Of a stretch of 32,715 nt of DNA, positions 1 to 10,245 are shown in pieces (within the stretch, counting starts at the first letter, position 1; the number at the start of each line of letters is the position of its first letter). The stretch is taken from the IMG/VR virus record IMGVR_UViG_3300033412_000047, positions 1 to 32,715 of that record; one strand, given 5' to 3'. A program made the position numbers and the translations under genes. A model generated the notes under the pieces. The model saw only the letters and a list, made by a program, of their open reading frames with translations, was not told the DNA's origin and made no database searches. This stretch comes from a virus (lineage: Duplodnaviria > Caudoviricetes).

Positions 1-561
1 ATCACGAACGCCAGAGACATCACCAAGATTATCAAGTCCGGCCAATCGGTTTCTTTCAACCAAAAGTCGTTCGGGAGAGTTTTTCAACGCTTCCGCAGCA
101 GACAATTTTTCATCTGCGATGCGTTGCTTCTCGTCTGCTGCATATTTTCCGACACCCCAATAATCATTAGCCGTCCGTTCCTTGAAAAGATTTTGGAAAT
201 TCCTGTTAAGGTTTCGATTGTCGGCCACTCCTTGTCTGTATCTCAAAGCATCAGCTGCATTATTGGATTTTATGTCAGCAATATCCCTGTCAGCCTTAAT
301 TCTTTCACCGCCAAGTAATCCCGCCTGCTGTAATGCAGATTGTTTCAACGCCATCGCCGCATCATTTTCTTTTCCGGCTTGTTCGCGTTCTGCCGCAGCA
401 CGGCTCATGCTGGCCGACAGTTCATCACGTTTCAAAGCTAATTCCGCCGCGTGTTCCGCCGCCCGTTGGTGCATCTCTGCCTGAGACAGGCCGATAGAAG
501 CTCCGGCTCTTGCCGCTCCTATAAAATCTGGTGGCCTTAACCAGTCAGCAATAATCGCCAT
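1..561 (-). CDS. Putative internal virion (ejection) protein; runs off the left window edge
   Basis: Not in the ORF track. ATG at 561 (MAIIADWLRPPDFIGAARAGASIGLSQAEMHQRAAEH...) with an open frame to base 1. Ala/Glu/Arg-rich and helical; follows the 568..1137 gene after a 6-nt gap. Confidence 0.6.
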   Translation of the reverse strand, partial: MAIIADWLRPPDFIGAARAGASIGLSQAEMHQRAAEHAAELALKRDELSASMSRAAAEREQAGKENDAAMALKQSALQQAGLLGGERIKADRDIADIKSNNAADALRYRQGVADNRNLNRNFQNLFKERTANDYWGVGKYAADEKQRIADEKLSAAEALKNSPERLLVERNRLAGLDNLGDVSGVRD

Positions 562-567
562 AGATTT

Positions 568-1137
568 TTATGCAAATGCCGAAGCATACGGCATCGGGGT
601 TGATGAACCTGCCGGAGTGAAATAATTCCCGCCATTCGGCTGTGCCGCAGGTTTTGGATTCATTTGGTTCATGTATTTGTCGAACAATTGTTGCGCGTAA
701 CTTTGCGCCGCAGCCGGATTGGGGGCAGAGGCGTCAATCGCATTTTGTGTCGCAATATCCGCCGCGATAGCAGGATTTAATTGGGTCTGACCAAGTGTGC
801 CTGTCAGATTGTTGTAATCCAATAATCCTTGATGAATTTGACCTTCCGAAGTCAGACCAAGACTTTCGAGATAGGCATTGTTTGAAAATCCACTTCCGGG
901 CACTCCGTTAGCCACGCCCATTGAGGCCGCTTTGTTTTGCAACAGATTAATCGTTTCGGGAGACAATCTTCCAGCAAGCTCGTTTCCAACATCGCCGCTG
1001 GCGGTTGAGGTCAACGTGCTATAATTCGGCACGTTATCTTTGAGTTGGTCGTAGATGCTTGGCGGCAATTGGATAGCCCCCGGCACGCTTCCAAATGCGC
1101 CTGAACCGGATTGGGGAGTTGGTGAAATTTGATACAT
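568..1137 (-). CDS. Putative internal virion/pilot protein
   Basis: G/A/S/Q/N-rich, Cys-free 189-aa ORF downstream of tail genes, as for podovirus ejection proteins. Confidence 0.5.
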   Translation of the reverse strand: MYQISPTPQSGSGAFGSVPGAIQLPPSIYDQLKDNVPNYSTLTSTASGDVGNELAGRLSPETINLLQNKAASMGVANGVPGSGFSNNAYLESLGLTSEGQIHQGLLDYNNLTGTLGQTQLNPAIAADIATQNAIDASAPNPAAAQSYAQQLFDKYMNQMNPKPAAQPNGGNYFTPAGSSTPMPYASAFA

Positions 1138-1183
1138 GGTTTTTATATTTGTGGTATCGGCAGCGATATTGTAAATTTATGGG

Positions 1184-1822
1184 ATGCAAAAGCTTTATCT
1201 AAAAGGAAAGTCGTTAAAATATCGTTTAATTGCTCAATGTAAAATAATAGGTGATTGCTGGATTTGGCAAGCATCAAAAGACCGCGATGGATATGGAAAG
1301 TTGAGATTTGAAGGAAAAAGGATTCGCGCTCACCGTGCTTCTTTTTTGGTTCATAATGGGGAAATTCCCGACAATCTTTGTGTCTTGCACAAATGCGACG
1401 TTCCTGCGTGTATAAATCCAGACCACCTTTGGCTTGGAACTCATGCAGACAATTCAAAAGACCGACACAAAAAAGGAAGAACCGTAAAAGGAAATGCAAA
1501 AATAACCCAAGCCATTGCGGACGAGATAAGGTTAATTCGCAATCGAGATAAAATTTCCCAATGGGATATTGCAAATAAATTTGGGGTGACTCAAGCTTGT
1601 GTTTGGAATGTTTTGCAAAATAAAAATTGGAAAACGGAAGGATTTCATCCGACTCCAATCCTTTGCAAAAACAATGCCAAGCTGACAAAATCTCAAGTTT
1701 TAGAAATGAGAAAACTTTCAAAAAATGGAACAAAGCTAAAGGCTTTGAGTCAGCTATTTCCTCAAGTGAAATATCTGACAATTTCTGATATTGTCCATCG
1801 CAGAAGGTGGAAGCATATTTAG
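1184..1822 (+). CDS. HNH homing endonuclease (HNH_3 type) with two C-terminal HTH-like repeats
   Basis: CWIWQ..DRDGYG..RAHR..VLHKCDVPACINPDHLWLGTHADN motif; repeats NAKITQAIADEIR and NAKLTKSQVLEMR; ends WKHI. Antisense to the flanking virion genes. Confidence 0.92.
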   Translation: MQKLYLKGKSLKYRLIAQCKIIGDCWIWQASKDRDGYGKLRFEGKRIRAHRASFLVHNGEIPDNLCVLHKCDVPACINPDHLWLGTHADNSKDRHKKGRTVKGNAKITQAIADEIRLIRNRDKISQWDIANKFGVTQACVWNVLQNKNWKTEGFHPTPILCKNNAKLTKSQVLEMRKLSKNGTKLKALSQLFPQVKYLTISDIVHRRRWKHI

Positions 1823-1830
1823 CCATAAAT

Positions 1831-2847
1831 TCAATAAATTCGACGACTGCCGATACAAGTATCACCAAACGTCTGGTTTTCAAAGACAATCTGGTTTTCA
1901 GGCATTTTTGTTTCCGATTGACGATTCATTTCTCGTATCGCGCTCAATTCCATCGCCTGCGAATCGCCGATGTTCCCCTGCTCCTTCTTTTCGAGGGAAA
2001 TTATCATGTCCCGTATCGCATCTTCGTTATCAATTTGAACCACGTCGTTATCAAATACGAATGGGACGAAATTCAATTTCACCAATGCGGTCACACGCGC
2101 GTTTCCGGTGTTGTTCAAAAGCACACCCACATTTCCCCTACGATGTCCGGTGATTTTGGTGACGATATATTCCGGCGTCGTCTCGCTCGGTTGATAATGC
2201 GCCAAGTCCAAAAGGAATCCTTGAGCCACGTTGAATTGATAACAGTCCAGAACATCATTGGTCGGGTCTTTTATTACTCTGGTCACTCTTTGAAATTCCA
2301 TCGGAGTATCCACCGAAGGATTAGCCAATGTGACCTCAACTCCGTCCTGCCACGTTCCGTCTGAACGTTGTGTTCTGACAACTTGGCCGTTTCCATCAAT
2401 TCCGAACCAAGTGATTTTTTTACCAACATCCGAGGGTTGACGGATGAAAGTTCTTATTTTGAATCCCGTGGTCAAAATTTGATTGAACACCGGAGATGTC
2501 CCTAAAGTTGAAGTGACTATCTCGCCGCAATAACCGTAACGCTGATGATCCAATCCCCATTGATAATACTCCCTATCCATTGGTCTGAAATTATACCAAC
2601 GATTCTGCATCACTGTGGGATTTCCGCAGACATTCAGGGCAAGGATTGTGCTGACACCGCGAGGCCAAACCAAAAGTCCATTCGCGCACACACAGCAATC
2701 AACGACAGCCACGTTGCTCCACCAATCGCCGCGATTCATCAACTGTCGAACGGCTGCATTCGCTTTCAAAGCGAACTCTGTGCTATCGGGACAGGCATTG
2801 GCGATACGACCGCATACGCCCGCCTTCAATTGGGAGAAAACAATCAT
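1831..2847 (-). CDS. Putative head-tail adaptor / tail tubular protein A-like virion protein
   Basis: 338 aa with helical ends around a beta-rich core, within the tail module; SD-like AAGGA upstream. Assigned mainly by context. Confidence 0.45.
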   Translation of the reverse strand: MIVFSQLKAGVCGRIANACPDSTEFALKANAAVRQLMNRGDWWSNVAVVDCCVCANGLLVWPRGVSTILALNVCGNPTVMQNRWYNFRPMDREYYQWGLDHQRYGYCGEIVTSTLGTSPVFNQILTTGFKIRTFIRQPSDVGKKITWFGIDGNGQVVRTQRSDGTWQDGVEVTLANPSVDTPMEFQRVTRVIKDPTNDVLDCYQFNVAQGFLLDLAHYQPSETTPEYIVTKITGHRRGNVGVLLNNTGNARVTALVKLNFVPFVFDNDVVQIDNEDAIRDMIISLEKKEQGNIGDSQAMELSAIREMNRQSETKMPENQIVFENQTFGDTCIGSRRIY

Positions 2848-2939
2848 CTGATGTCCTTATCGCTCATTTAATTTGTATTTTCAATCAAAATCAGCATTTG
2901 GTTTTTCTATCGTTCGGTTTGTGGTTTTTGACAATAAAA

Positions 2940-4253
2940 TTATGTTACAGGCGTAATGACCACGGAAATTTCGGCATGGGTGGCCCCATGACAAACCGAT
3001 ACCGCAACATAAATAAAATCTGGACTAAAACTGGTTGAGAAATCTCCTTCATAAAAGACACTTCCCACAGAAGGCGCGCTGTCGTAAATCACACTCAAAT
3101 TTGTCGAGACCCGTATTTTCGCAAAGCTACCCAATGGGCTTGGATTTACCCCGTAGGCAGAAACATTGCCGTTAATTACAATGTGATAACTTCGCGGGGG
3201 ATTGTCGTTGCAAACCTGTGTCGTAAGAACGGCAATTGTATATCCATTGTCCGATACGTCTGGACTCGTGTAATCAGCGGAAATCGAAGCGTTTCCACCG
3301 GCGGCACTTGACGTGATGGTTGATTTATCCAAAAAGTCACCAGAAACCGGAAACCAAACAAAACTGCTTGGTGGTAATTGGGGGCAATTGGCGTGAAAAG
3401 CGGCGATAGCTGCGGAAGCCGGCGCATCAGCATCCTCTTGAGAAATAATGCTGTGATAAGTGTGCGCGGGGACGGTCAGGTTAGAGCCATCGCAACAAGT
3501 GTAGGATTGTTCATTGTTCCAATAAACCGTTGGACAAGCTGCGGTCGCGGCGTCTATTGCTTGCTGGTTTGCGTCAGCTTGAGAAACAGCAGAGAAGTAT
3601 GTTCTGGCCGCTATGGTTGAATCAGGCGCGAATTCACACGGAACAGTTTGCTGTTCGTTCACCCATCCGCATTGAAGATTTCCATTAGCGACATTGACGG
3701 CAATCAGTTGCCGTAAAAAATTCAGAGCATTATTGTTGGCATCCAGTTGTGAAATGGTGGACGAAAAAATGCCTTCGGTGACAGTGAATTGAAAATTTTC
3801 AAACACAATTCCAAACGGGATATTAGGGCTTCCAATAATGTTGACTGCCGGAAAATTAAGACAGGCCGCAGTAACGGATTGATTTAAAAAAATCGGTTGA
3901 GGCAGCGGATTTATCGGACTGCCGCTGGCGGCATCGCATTGGGCTTGTTGTGCGGCTGCCTGTTGCAACATTCCCTGAACCAACGCTTGAATCTGTTCAA
4001 AAGTTGAACCCACAGGAATTGGAACGGTTATCATGCTCTGACAACCTTGAAATGAGAGCGGTGATTGCGGTGGCGAATTAGGAGATAATGGATATGAAAA
4101 AGTATCAGCCGGAACGGTATAGGGAATCCCATTGATTATGGTCGTATATTCCACGCTCCTTACAACTACGCGATTCAGGCTGTATGCCAAAAGATAATCT
4201 TGAACGGCGTTATTCGGAACGTCGCAACTCATGTTGTCACAATTCTCGCTCAT
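2940..4253 (-). CDS. Virion-module protein with three DUF5977-like repeats
   Basis: Repeats FTVTEGIFSSTISQLDANNNA, STIAARTYFSAVSQADANQQA, LTVPAHTYHSIISQEDADAPA. ATG at 4253 forms an ATGA overlap with the upstream stop. Confidence 0.6.
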   Translation of the reverse strand: MSENCDNMSCDVPNNAVQDYLLAYSLNRVVVRSVEYTTIINGIPYTVPADTFSYPLSPNSPPQSPLSFQGCQSMITVPIPVGSTFEQIQALVQGMLQQAAAQQAQCDAASGSPINPLPQPIFLNQSVTAACLNFPAVNIIGSPNIPFGIVFENFQFTVTEGIFSSTISQLDANNNALNFLRQLIAVNVANGNLQCGWVNEQQTVPCEFAPDSTIAARTYFSAVSQADANQQAIDAATAACPTVYWNNEQSYTCCDGSNLTVPAHTYHSIISQEDADAPASAAIAAFHANCPQLPPSSFVWFPVSGDFLDKSTITSSAAGGNASISADYTSPDVSDNGYTIAVLTTQVCNDNPPRSYHIVINGNVSAYGVNPSPLGSFAKIRVSTNLSVIYDSAPSVGSVFYEGDFSTSFSPDFIYVAVSVCHGATHAEISVVITPVT

Positions 4254-6754
4254 TGTATTTGGCAAAGTGGGGTTGTGAAATCCGGCCTCGATTGCAAACT
4301 CGCCATCAGTTCAATTTTTGTGACGACACAATGACCTTCGACAAAAACTCTGACTTGAGCAAAGTCACCCAGATTTGGCGGCATATCAGTATTCACATTA
4401 CATCCGGCCATGCTCGGATTTCCAAAGCTCATCGGCTTTCGATATTGAGGATTAGTCACATTCGGATCGGTAGATTGTTTCGCGCAAATAGGCCACTTAT
4501 GCCAATCATGCCAGCATGAATCATTGTCCATTCGGTATTGAATCTTGAAATTGACCCGTCCAATTATATCCCGGACAGAAATCGCGCCGTTATCCAATCT
4601 CAAAATTGTTCCGCGATATTTTGTCGTCGCCCCCAAGAAAAACGCAGGGGTTTCAAACGACCACGGGATAGGAATTTTACCGTCGTCAAAATGTTCACTT
4701 CCAGTCTGTAAAAATTCCCATATCTCCAATTTATTTTCAACCGTGTTGACGCAGAAAGCGAATGCGCGTTCAACGCTCTTGAACCGGACTAATTGTAATA
4801 CATTTAATCCCGTCCAAAGCCCGTCAAAGATTGAGGCTGACTTTCCTTGCAAAGATGAAATGGTATCAAAATTCATCGCCATCAATCCCTGCCAATAAAT
4901 TCCATTGGGAGATTGAACCGGATTGCTTGCTACCAGCCAGCGATTATCAAATTCAATGGCTGAATCAAAATTAAGAAAGCTCCTGTTTTCCGAAACTATC
5001 ACTCTTTGCATTTCACGACTGATAGGAGTGTTCCCCCATTTGTTGAAATTGAGTTGCGCGAGAAGCATGGAGCGAAGTTCGCCGGTCGGACAACGGAATA
5101 GAATATCAGAATTTTCATTCGTGACCGCCCATTGACTTGAAGCTCCCGCGCCTTTCAAGGATTGTGTCTCAATCGGAGTGGTAAGATTCTGCCAAGTCGT
5201 CCTATCTGCCGGAGCGTTACAGGAGAAAACATTTTTATTTGTGAAAATCTGTAATGCCCCCTGACCCAAAGCCTTGTCCATCGTGGCCGTGTATAGCAAT
5301 GCGGTTATCGTATCGCCCGAACTTGGGATATTAAATTCACCGCCATTGGCTAACTTCAGATTTTCAGTCACTTTCAAAACTGCGTCTCTCTCATCATAAG
5401 CTGGTGAACCGCTTGAGCCGCCAACGATGTCACCCATGAGGAAAGAAATACCGGATTGACCGGATTGTGCGACTCGACCCATCCCGTAAGTCCCCATTCG
5501 ACCAATCGGAAGTTCGGGAAGATTGTAAAACTTTGAACCCGACTTAACCGAGGTAGAAATATCATCATTCAAATTCTGGACGGTGACTGAATTACTGGCT
5601 ACCGGAGGACTGGTCGCATGGGAAATGACCTGATATTGGCCGCTGTTCAAAAATAAAATCTGTCCATCAAGATTCGTATATTCAGAAACAAGGCTGGCCG
5701 TAGCATTACTTCCAATCGGAGGAACGGTAAAATCAGCCCCTAAAACGCCAGCAACCGCATCAGGCAATGTGCTTCCCAAAAGAATGACGTTTTTTGGAGA
5801 TGCGCCTGAAAAATTTGTTCCATCCTGTTTTAGACCTAAAGTTTTTCTGTCCGCAGATATTGTCTGGATTGTCCAAATACCATCTCCGCCAATCTGAACT
5901 TTATTTCCAATCGCCACATAAGATGGAACTGGCGCGGTAAGAGTAGCCGATTCAGTTGACCAATCAAAAAATGATGGATGCGAAAAAGTTGAGACATAAC
6001 CCAGATTTTGAGGGCGGATGACTAATTGAGTTGAAATCGGCTCTGTCGCTTCTGTGTCACTCAAGTTTTTTAATACAACCGTGTAGGCGGTAGAGTTTCC
6101 ATTCACCTTTGTCACCATGAAATGCGCTGTCCGAATCACGTTTCCCGTGGTGTCAACTTCATCAAGATTCAGGACTGAATTGAGAAGTCCGGTATAAGGT
6201 GCGGCCAAAGTTATATCAACCGTCCCGCCAATCGGAGGGGTTACAAAATCAGCAGAAGTTGTTCCCTGTAAAACAACATCCACTTCCGAACGCCTTGAAC
6301 TCGTTCCATCATAAAAAATGGGAACACTTGAACCGTCATTGATGATTAGCCATCTTTCAGCCTGATCCATCCAGACGGGAGAAAGGTTCGCAGAATTAAG
6401 GTCGCCAGCTATCGTGATTTCTTTTCCAGTAGCCCCATCCGTAGAATTGGGTTCGATAACAAATAATCTTCCCGCGATTGAACAGGCAAGTTGTTCAAAT
6501 CCACCATCTGGCTTGTAATTTGAAGCTCCCTGAAAAAGTCCCTGCTTAAATGCGTCCTGTAAAAGAGAATCAATATCTGCCGAAACTTTTATTTTACGAA
6601 CGGGAGGTCTGTCGGTTGCAAAATCTCCACGAAAGGTTGCGTTGTTGGCGAACGCGCATTGTGATTTTGGAAGTTCTTCTACGGCAACACCGCTATTGCA
6701 CCCCATCTTGAAAGCGGTGCAAACATCGTAAATAATTTTGGGTTGTTCGGCCAC
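4250..6754 (-). CDS. Putative tail tubular protein B / nozzle (P22 gp10 / T7 gp12-like)
   Basis: 834-aa beta-rich protein; size and position fit a podovirus nozzle; central inserted beta domains. Confidence 0.55.
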   Translation of the reverse strand: MAEQPKIIYDVCTAFKMGCNSGVAVEELPKSQCAFANNATFRGDFATDRPPVRKIKVSADIDSLLQDAFKQGLFQGASNYKPDGGFEQLACSIAGRLFVIEPNSTDGATGKEITIAGDLNSANLSPVWMDQAERWLIINDGSSVPIFYDGTSSRRSEVDVVLQGTTSADFVTPPIGGTVDITLAAPYTGLLNSVLNLDEVDTTGNVIRTAHFMVTKVNGNSTAYTVVLKNLSDTEATEPISTQLVIRPQNLGYVSTFSHPSFFDWSTESATLTAPVPSYVAIGNKVQIGGDGIWTIQTISADRKTLGLKQDGTNFSGASPKNVILLGSTLPDAVAGVLGADFTVPPIGSNATASLVSEYTNLDGQILFLNSGQYQVISHATSPPVASNSVTVQNLNDDISTSVKSGSKFYNLPELPIGRMGTYGMGRVAQSGQSGISFLMGDIVGGSSGSPAYDERDAVLKVTENLKLANGGEFNIPSSGDTITALLYTATMDKALGQGALQIFTNKNVFSCNAPADRTTWQNLTTPIETQSLKGAGASSQWAVTNENSDILFRCPTGELRSMLLAQLNFNKWGNTPISREMQRVIVSENRSFLNFDSAIEFDNRWLVASNPVQSPNGIYWQGLMAMNFDTISSLQGKSASIFDGLWTGLNVLQLVRFKSVERAFAFCVNTVENKLEIWEFLQTGSEHFDDGKIPIPWSFETPAFFLGATTKYRGTILRLDNGAISVRDIIGRVNFKIQYRMDNDSCWHDWHKWPICAKQSTDPNVTNPQYRKPMSFGNPSMAGCNVNTDMPPNLGDFAQVRVFVEGHCVVTKIELMASLQSRPDFTTPLCQIQ

Positions 6755-6756
6755 AT

Positions 6757-7614
6757 TTATTGAAGGGCTAAAATTAAATCGTTGGTATGGTCTGCCAATG
6801 AAGCAATAGCGTCAGCCAAATCCATGTTCTGCACAGAAATTATTAGCTCAAATTGACCTTCAACAAATGCGGTGGTAGCAGAGGCTTCGATTGAGATTGA
6901 ATCGGTTGCGCTTCCGGTATTATTTCCAGTAACAGCCGAACCAGCCTGTGCCGCGCCCAAAGCGTAAGTTCCGGCCAATAAAACAACTCCACCAGTTAAA
7001 TTCGTAGTGTTGATTTCAAGGTTTAACGTGGATGCCTTTGCGCCAGTAGTAACAGCTTTTAGACAGCGAACATCAAATTTAAGGATTTTGAATTTGTAAC
7101 CCAATACATAATTCGTAACCAAATCTCCATCAGCGATAACCGCCGCGTCAATATGGAAAGTCAACGTCGAAACCCCAACCCCTGCCGCAATCGTATCGCT
7201 CGCCGTGCCGGTTGAATTGTCGGTCAAAGAATTTGGAAGTGCAGCCGATAATGAAACCGGAGAACCGCTCGGAGAAATAGTTGCGCCAGCCGAGATTGTG
7301 TTTCCCGTCGCCGTATCGCCAGCATAATCCTGAAATTCCAAAACAACCGCCGAAGATGATGGAAAAGAAATGACTTTGAAATGTCCAAAATTAGAACCAT
7401 CGCTGGCTATGACAATCTGATTGACGGCCATCCAGCTTGAGTTAGCAACCAGAGCGGTAACATTCGCGCTTGCTGCGGGGATTACAAAATCGGCTGTCGT
7501 TAATGTGAACGCGTTAATTCCATTCGCCCCTGCTGCTCCGTCCGCGCCATCAGCCCCGGCAACTCCGGGAATATCTACCACAATCGTTTGACCGCAATTA
7601 GGGCAGCAACTCAT
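6757..7614 (-). CDS. Putative tail fibre / virion appendage protein
   Basis: Short collagen-like run (GVAGADGADGAAGANG); Ala/Thr/Gly/Ser-rich beta content; first gene of the leftward virion operon. Confidence 0.5.
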   Translation of the reverse strand: MSCCPNCGQTIVVDIPGVAGADGADGAAGANGINAFTLTTADFVIPAASANVTALVANSSWMAVNQIVIASDGSNFGHFKVISFPSSSAVVLEFQDYAGDTATGNTISAGATISPSGSPVSLSAALPNSLTDNSTGTASDTIAAGVGVSTLTFHIDAAVIADGDLVTNYVLGYKFKILKFDVRCLKAVTTGAKASTLNLEINTTNLTGGVVLLAGTYALGAAQAGSAVTGNNTGSATDSISIEASATTAFVEGQFELIISVQNMDLADAIASLADHTNDLILALQ

Positions 7615-7622
7615 TTGAGGCT

Positions 7623-7716
7623 ACATTAGAATATGATTTATTGTTTGCAACTTAAAAATTAAGGTTAACCGGACTGTCTAATTGTGTTGATTTATTTTCC
7701 AATCACACTTAATATT
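7623..7716. promoter_or_regulatory. Divergent sigma70-like promoters between the tail and packaging operons
   Basis: Minus strand TTGCAA-N16-TAATGT before ATG 7614; plus strand TTGATT-N17-TAATAT just before ATG 7722. Confidence 0.5.
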
Positions 7717-7721
7717 TCGCA

Positions 7722-8396
7722 ATGAAGATTTGCGCATCTTGTAAAACTCCGATGCCAAAGTGTCACCCGAATCGTAAGTTTTGTTCCCAAAAATGCAAAT
7801 TGAAACAATACGACAAGTCATGCAAGGAGTGTCATAACACATTTACCCCAAAAGATAGTCGTGGAATTTTTTGCGGAAAATCATGTGCCGCAAAGTGGAA
7901 AATGAAACAGCCAGAAATTGTCAGAAAAATGATTTCAAATAAAGATTTGAAGGCTGTCGGGTTGTCCATAAGCAGGGCAATAATGAAAAATCCCCAAGAA
8001 AGGTTGAGAAGGAAAAGGCAGTCTAAAATTAATTTTATTCCGGGATGGAAGAAGTTTAATACCAAAATACCGACCCCTTCTGAAAGTGTTCTTTTGGCAA
8101 TTTTCCCAGAATCAATTCACAATTTCAGGATTAATACAGGAAGAAGTTCAAAATTTGAAAAAGTAGCTCATCAATATGTTATTGACGCTGCGTGGCCGAA
8201 CTTAAAGTTGGCTGTCGAGGTGGACGGGTCTTACCATGATTGGAAATCACAAAAGAAAAAAGATTTAGAAAAAGACAATTTTTTGATTTCTAATGGCTGG
8301 ACTGTTTTAAGATTTTCAGCAAGCTCTGTCTTGAATGACGTATTAAAAGTAAAAAAAGAAATAGTTTCTACAATTTTGAAATTAAAAAATGGCTAA
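7722..8396 (+). CDS. Zn-finger plus DUF559/Vsr-like endonuclease (putative homing endonuclease)
   Basis: N-terminal CxxC..FCSxxC repeats; C-terminal YVIDAAW..LAVEVDGSYHD..KDNFL..GWTVLRF; overlaps the terL start. Confidence 0.85.
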   Translation: MKICASCKTPMPKCHPNRKFCSQKCKLKQYDKSCKECHNTFTPKDSRGIFCGKSCAAKWKMKQPEIVRKMISNKDLKAVGLSISRAIMKNPQERLRRKRQSKINFIPGWKKFNTKIPTPSESVLLAIFPESIHNFRINTGRSSKFEKVAHQYVIDAAWPNLKLAVEVDGSYHDWKSQKKKDLEKDNFLISNGWTVLRFSASSVLNDVLKVKKEIVSTILKLKNG

Positions 8397-10188
8397 ATTT
8401 GTAAAATACGGACTGATATGGAATAACTCTGAACCCATTCAAATCGAATTTTGGATGATGCGACAGTCGGATGAATTTTTAAGGAAAAAAAACATCTCAA
8501 GAAGTGAAATCTTCAAAAACGCTGCTCAAATAGTTTGGCCTCACTTGGACTGGCATCGCTGGATGGAATTATGCAACAAAGAAATCCGCCGAGAAGGAGC
8601 TAAAGTCACAGTCATTGCCGGGGCAGGCTCAACCGGAAAAACGGCTGTCGCAGGATGGGAATATCTTTTGGAATACTACGCTTCTCCTGATGATACTCTG
8701 GTTCTTATTTCTTCCACCGATTTAAGCTCTCTTGAAGGCCGCGTCTGGGGTGAGATTAAAATGCTCCACGAAAAGGCGCGAGAACGATTCGATTGGTTGC
8801 CGGGATATGTTTTGGATTCCAAGCATTGTATCACTACCGATAAACTTGAAAAAGATGAATACGATGATGAAGTGAAAGCTCGCGACTTACGAAAAGGCGT
8901 GATGTGCGTTCCAACAATTCAAGGAAATAAAAATGTCGGTCTTGGTAAATGGATCGGAAGAAAGCAGAAACACATGAGATTGATTGCCGACGATTGCACG
9001 GCCATGTCCCCCAATTTTCTTTCAGCATTCGCAAACTTGAACAACAATATTGATTTCCAAGCAATCATTCTTGGCAATCCAAACGACATCCTTGACCCGC
9101 TCGGAATTGCTGCTGAACCAAAAGACGGATGGACAGCCCATCTTGAACCTAAAAAAACGGTTGTATGGGATACAAAATTTTACAATGGTCGCTGCGTCAA
9201 TCTTGTGGGGACTGATTCTCCTAATTTTGATTATCCCAAAAATCTACCCGCAAAATATCCCTATTTGGTAAGTCCTAAAAAAATTGATGAAACAGTCAGT
9301 GGATTCGGAAAAGACAGTTATGAGTATTTCAGCCAGTGTGTAGGAATCTTCAAGATTTCACAGTTAAGCCGAAAGATTATCACCCGCGATTTGTGCAATC
9401 AATTTCACGCTTCGGACAATGCGATTTGGAAAGGGACTCCACGAACAAATATCGCTGCTCTGGATAGCGCATACGGTGGGGATAGGTGTGTGGGTGGTCA
9501 CGCTGAATTTGGTGAATGTGCTGATGGTAAAGTCAGGATTCAATTTCATTTTCCCCATATCGTTCCAGTGGTAATCAATTCAATCAGGCCGATGGCCGAA
9601 GAAGATTCAATCTCTCAATACGAGAAAGATTATTGTGTCTCAAACAATATACCTGCCGCCAATTTCTTTCACGACTCTACCGGAAAGGGTTCTCTGGGAA
9701 CGTCTTTATCAAGAATTTGGTCGCACGACTGTAATCCTGTGGAGTTTGGCGGAACTCCATCATTGCGTCCTGTTTCAATGGACACTTTTATTGTTGATAA
9801 ACAAACAGGTGTAAAAAGATTGAAACGATGCGATGAACACTATTCAAAACGAGTAAGCGAGTTGTGGTATTCATTGAGACTGGCGATTGAGGCCGACCAA
9901 GTTAGGGGGCTTCCCCAAGAAGTCATTGACGAGCTTTGCACCCGCGAATGGGACAGGGTTCAGAATGACAAGATTGAAGTTGAATCAAAGCTGGAATTAA
10001 AAAAAAGAATCCGAAAAAGTTGTGACTTGGGAGATTGGGCTTCATTAATTTTGGAAGGAGCGAGGCAAAGAGGATTTGAAATATCAAAACTGTCTCCACA
10101 AAACCATAATCCCAAAGATGAAGAATACTTTCAGAAAGAGGAGGACGATTGGAACGGCGCAATAAAGGCTGGTCTTTTAAGTCATTGA
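8389..10188 (+). CDS. terL: Terminase large subunit
   Basis: Walker A GAGSTGKT, Walker B LIADD, coupling motif LGNP, RNase H-like nuclease ALDSAYGGD ... DSTGKG ... DLGD. Confidence 0.88.
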   Translation: MAKFVKYGLIWNNSEPIQIEFWMMRQSDEFLRKKNISRSEIFKNAAQIVWPHLDWHRWMELCNKEIRREGAKVTVIAGAGSTGKTAVAGWEYLLEYYASPDDTLVLISSTDLSSLEGRVWGEIKMLHEKARERFDWLPGYVLDSKHCITTDKLEKDEYDDEVKARDLRKGVMCVPTIQGNKNVGLGKWIGRKQKHMRLIADDCTAMSPNFLSAFANLNNNIDFQAIILGNPNDILDPLGIAAEPKDGWTAHLEPKKTVVWDTKFYNGRCVNLVGTDSPNFDYPKNLPAKYPYLVSPKKIDETVSGFGKDSYEYFSQCVGIFKISQLSRKIITRDLCNQFHASDNAIWKGTPRTNIAALDSAYGGDRCVGGHAEFGECADGKVRIQFHFPHIVPVVINSIRPMAEEDSISQYEKDYCVSNNIPAANFFHDSTGKGSLGTSLSRIWSHDCNPVEFGGTPSLRPVSMDTFIVDKQTGVKRLKRCDEHYSKRVSELWYSLRLAIEADQVRGLPQEVIDELCTREWDRVQNDKIEVESKLELKKRIRKSCDLGDWASLILEGARQRGFEISKLSPQNHNPKDEEYFQKEEDDWNGAIKAGLLSH

Positions 10189-10214
10189 CAAACAAGACTA
10201 ACAGGATAAAGATT
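10186..10214 (+). promoter_or_regulatory. Putative sigma70 promoter upstream of the portal cluster
   Basis: TTGACA overlapping the terL stop; TAAAGAT 16 nt later. Confidence 0.4.
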
Positions 10215-10245
10215 CATCTAAAATCGGATTCGCTGAAAAATTGAC

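Noticed and set aside
1140-1830. Group I intron housing the HNH gene
   Set aside because: The flanking genes have their own starts and stops and the gaps are too short for an intron core.
1143-1889. 248-aa minus-strand ORF and other antisense shadow ORFs (e.g. 182..484, 14880..15341, 20989..21399, 26107..26538)
   Set aside because: They overlap recognisable genes on the opposite strand and have no motifs of their own.
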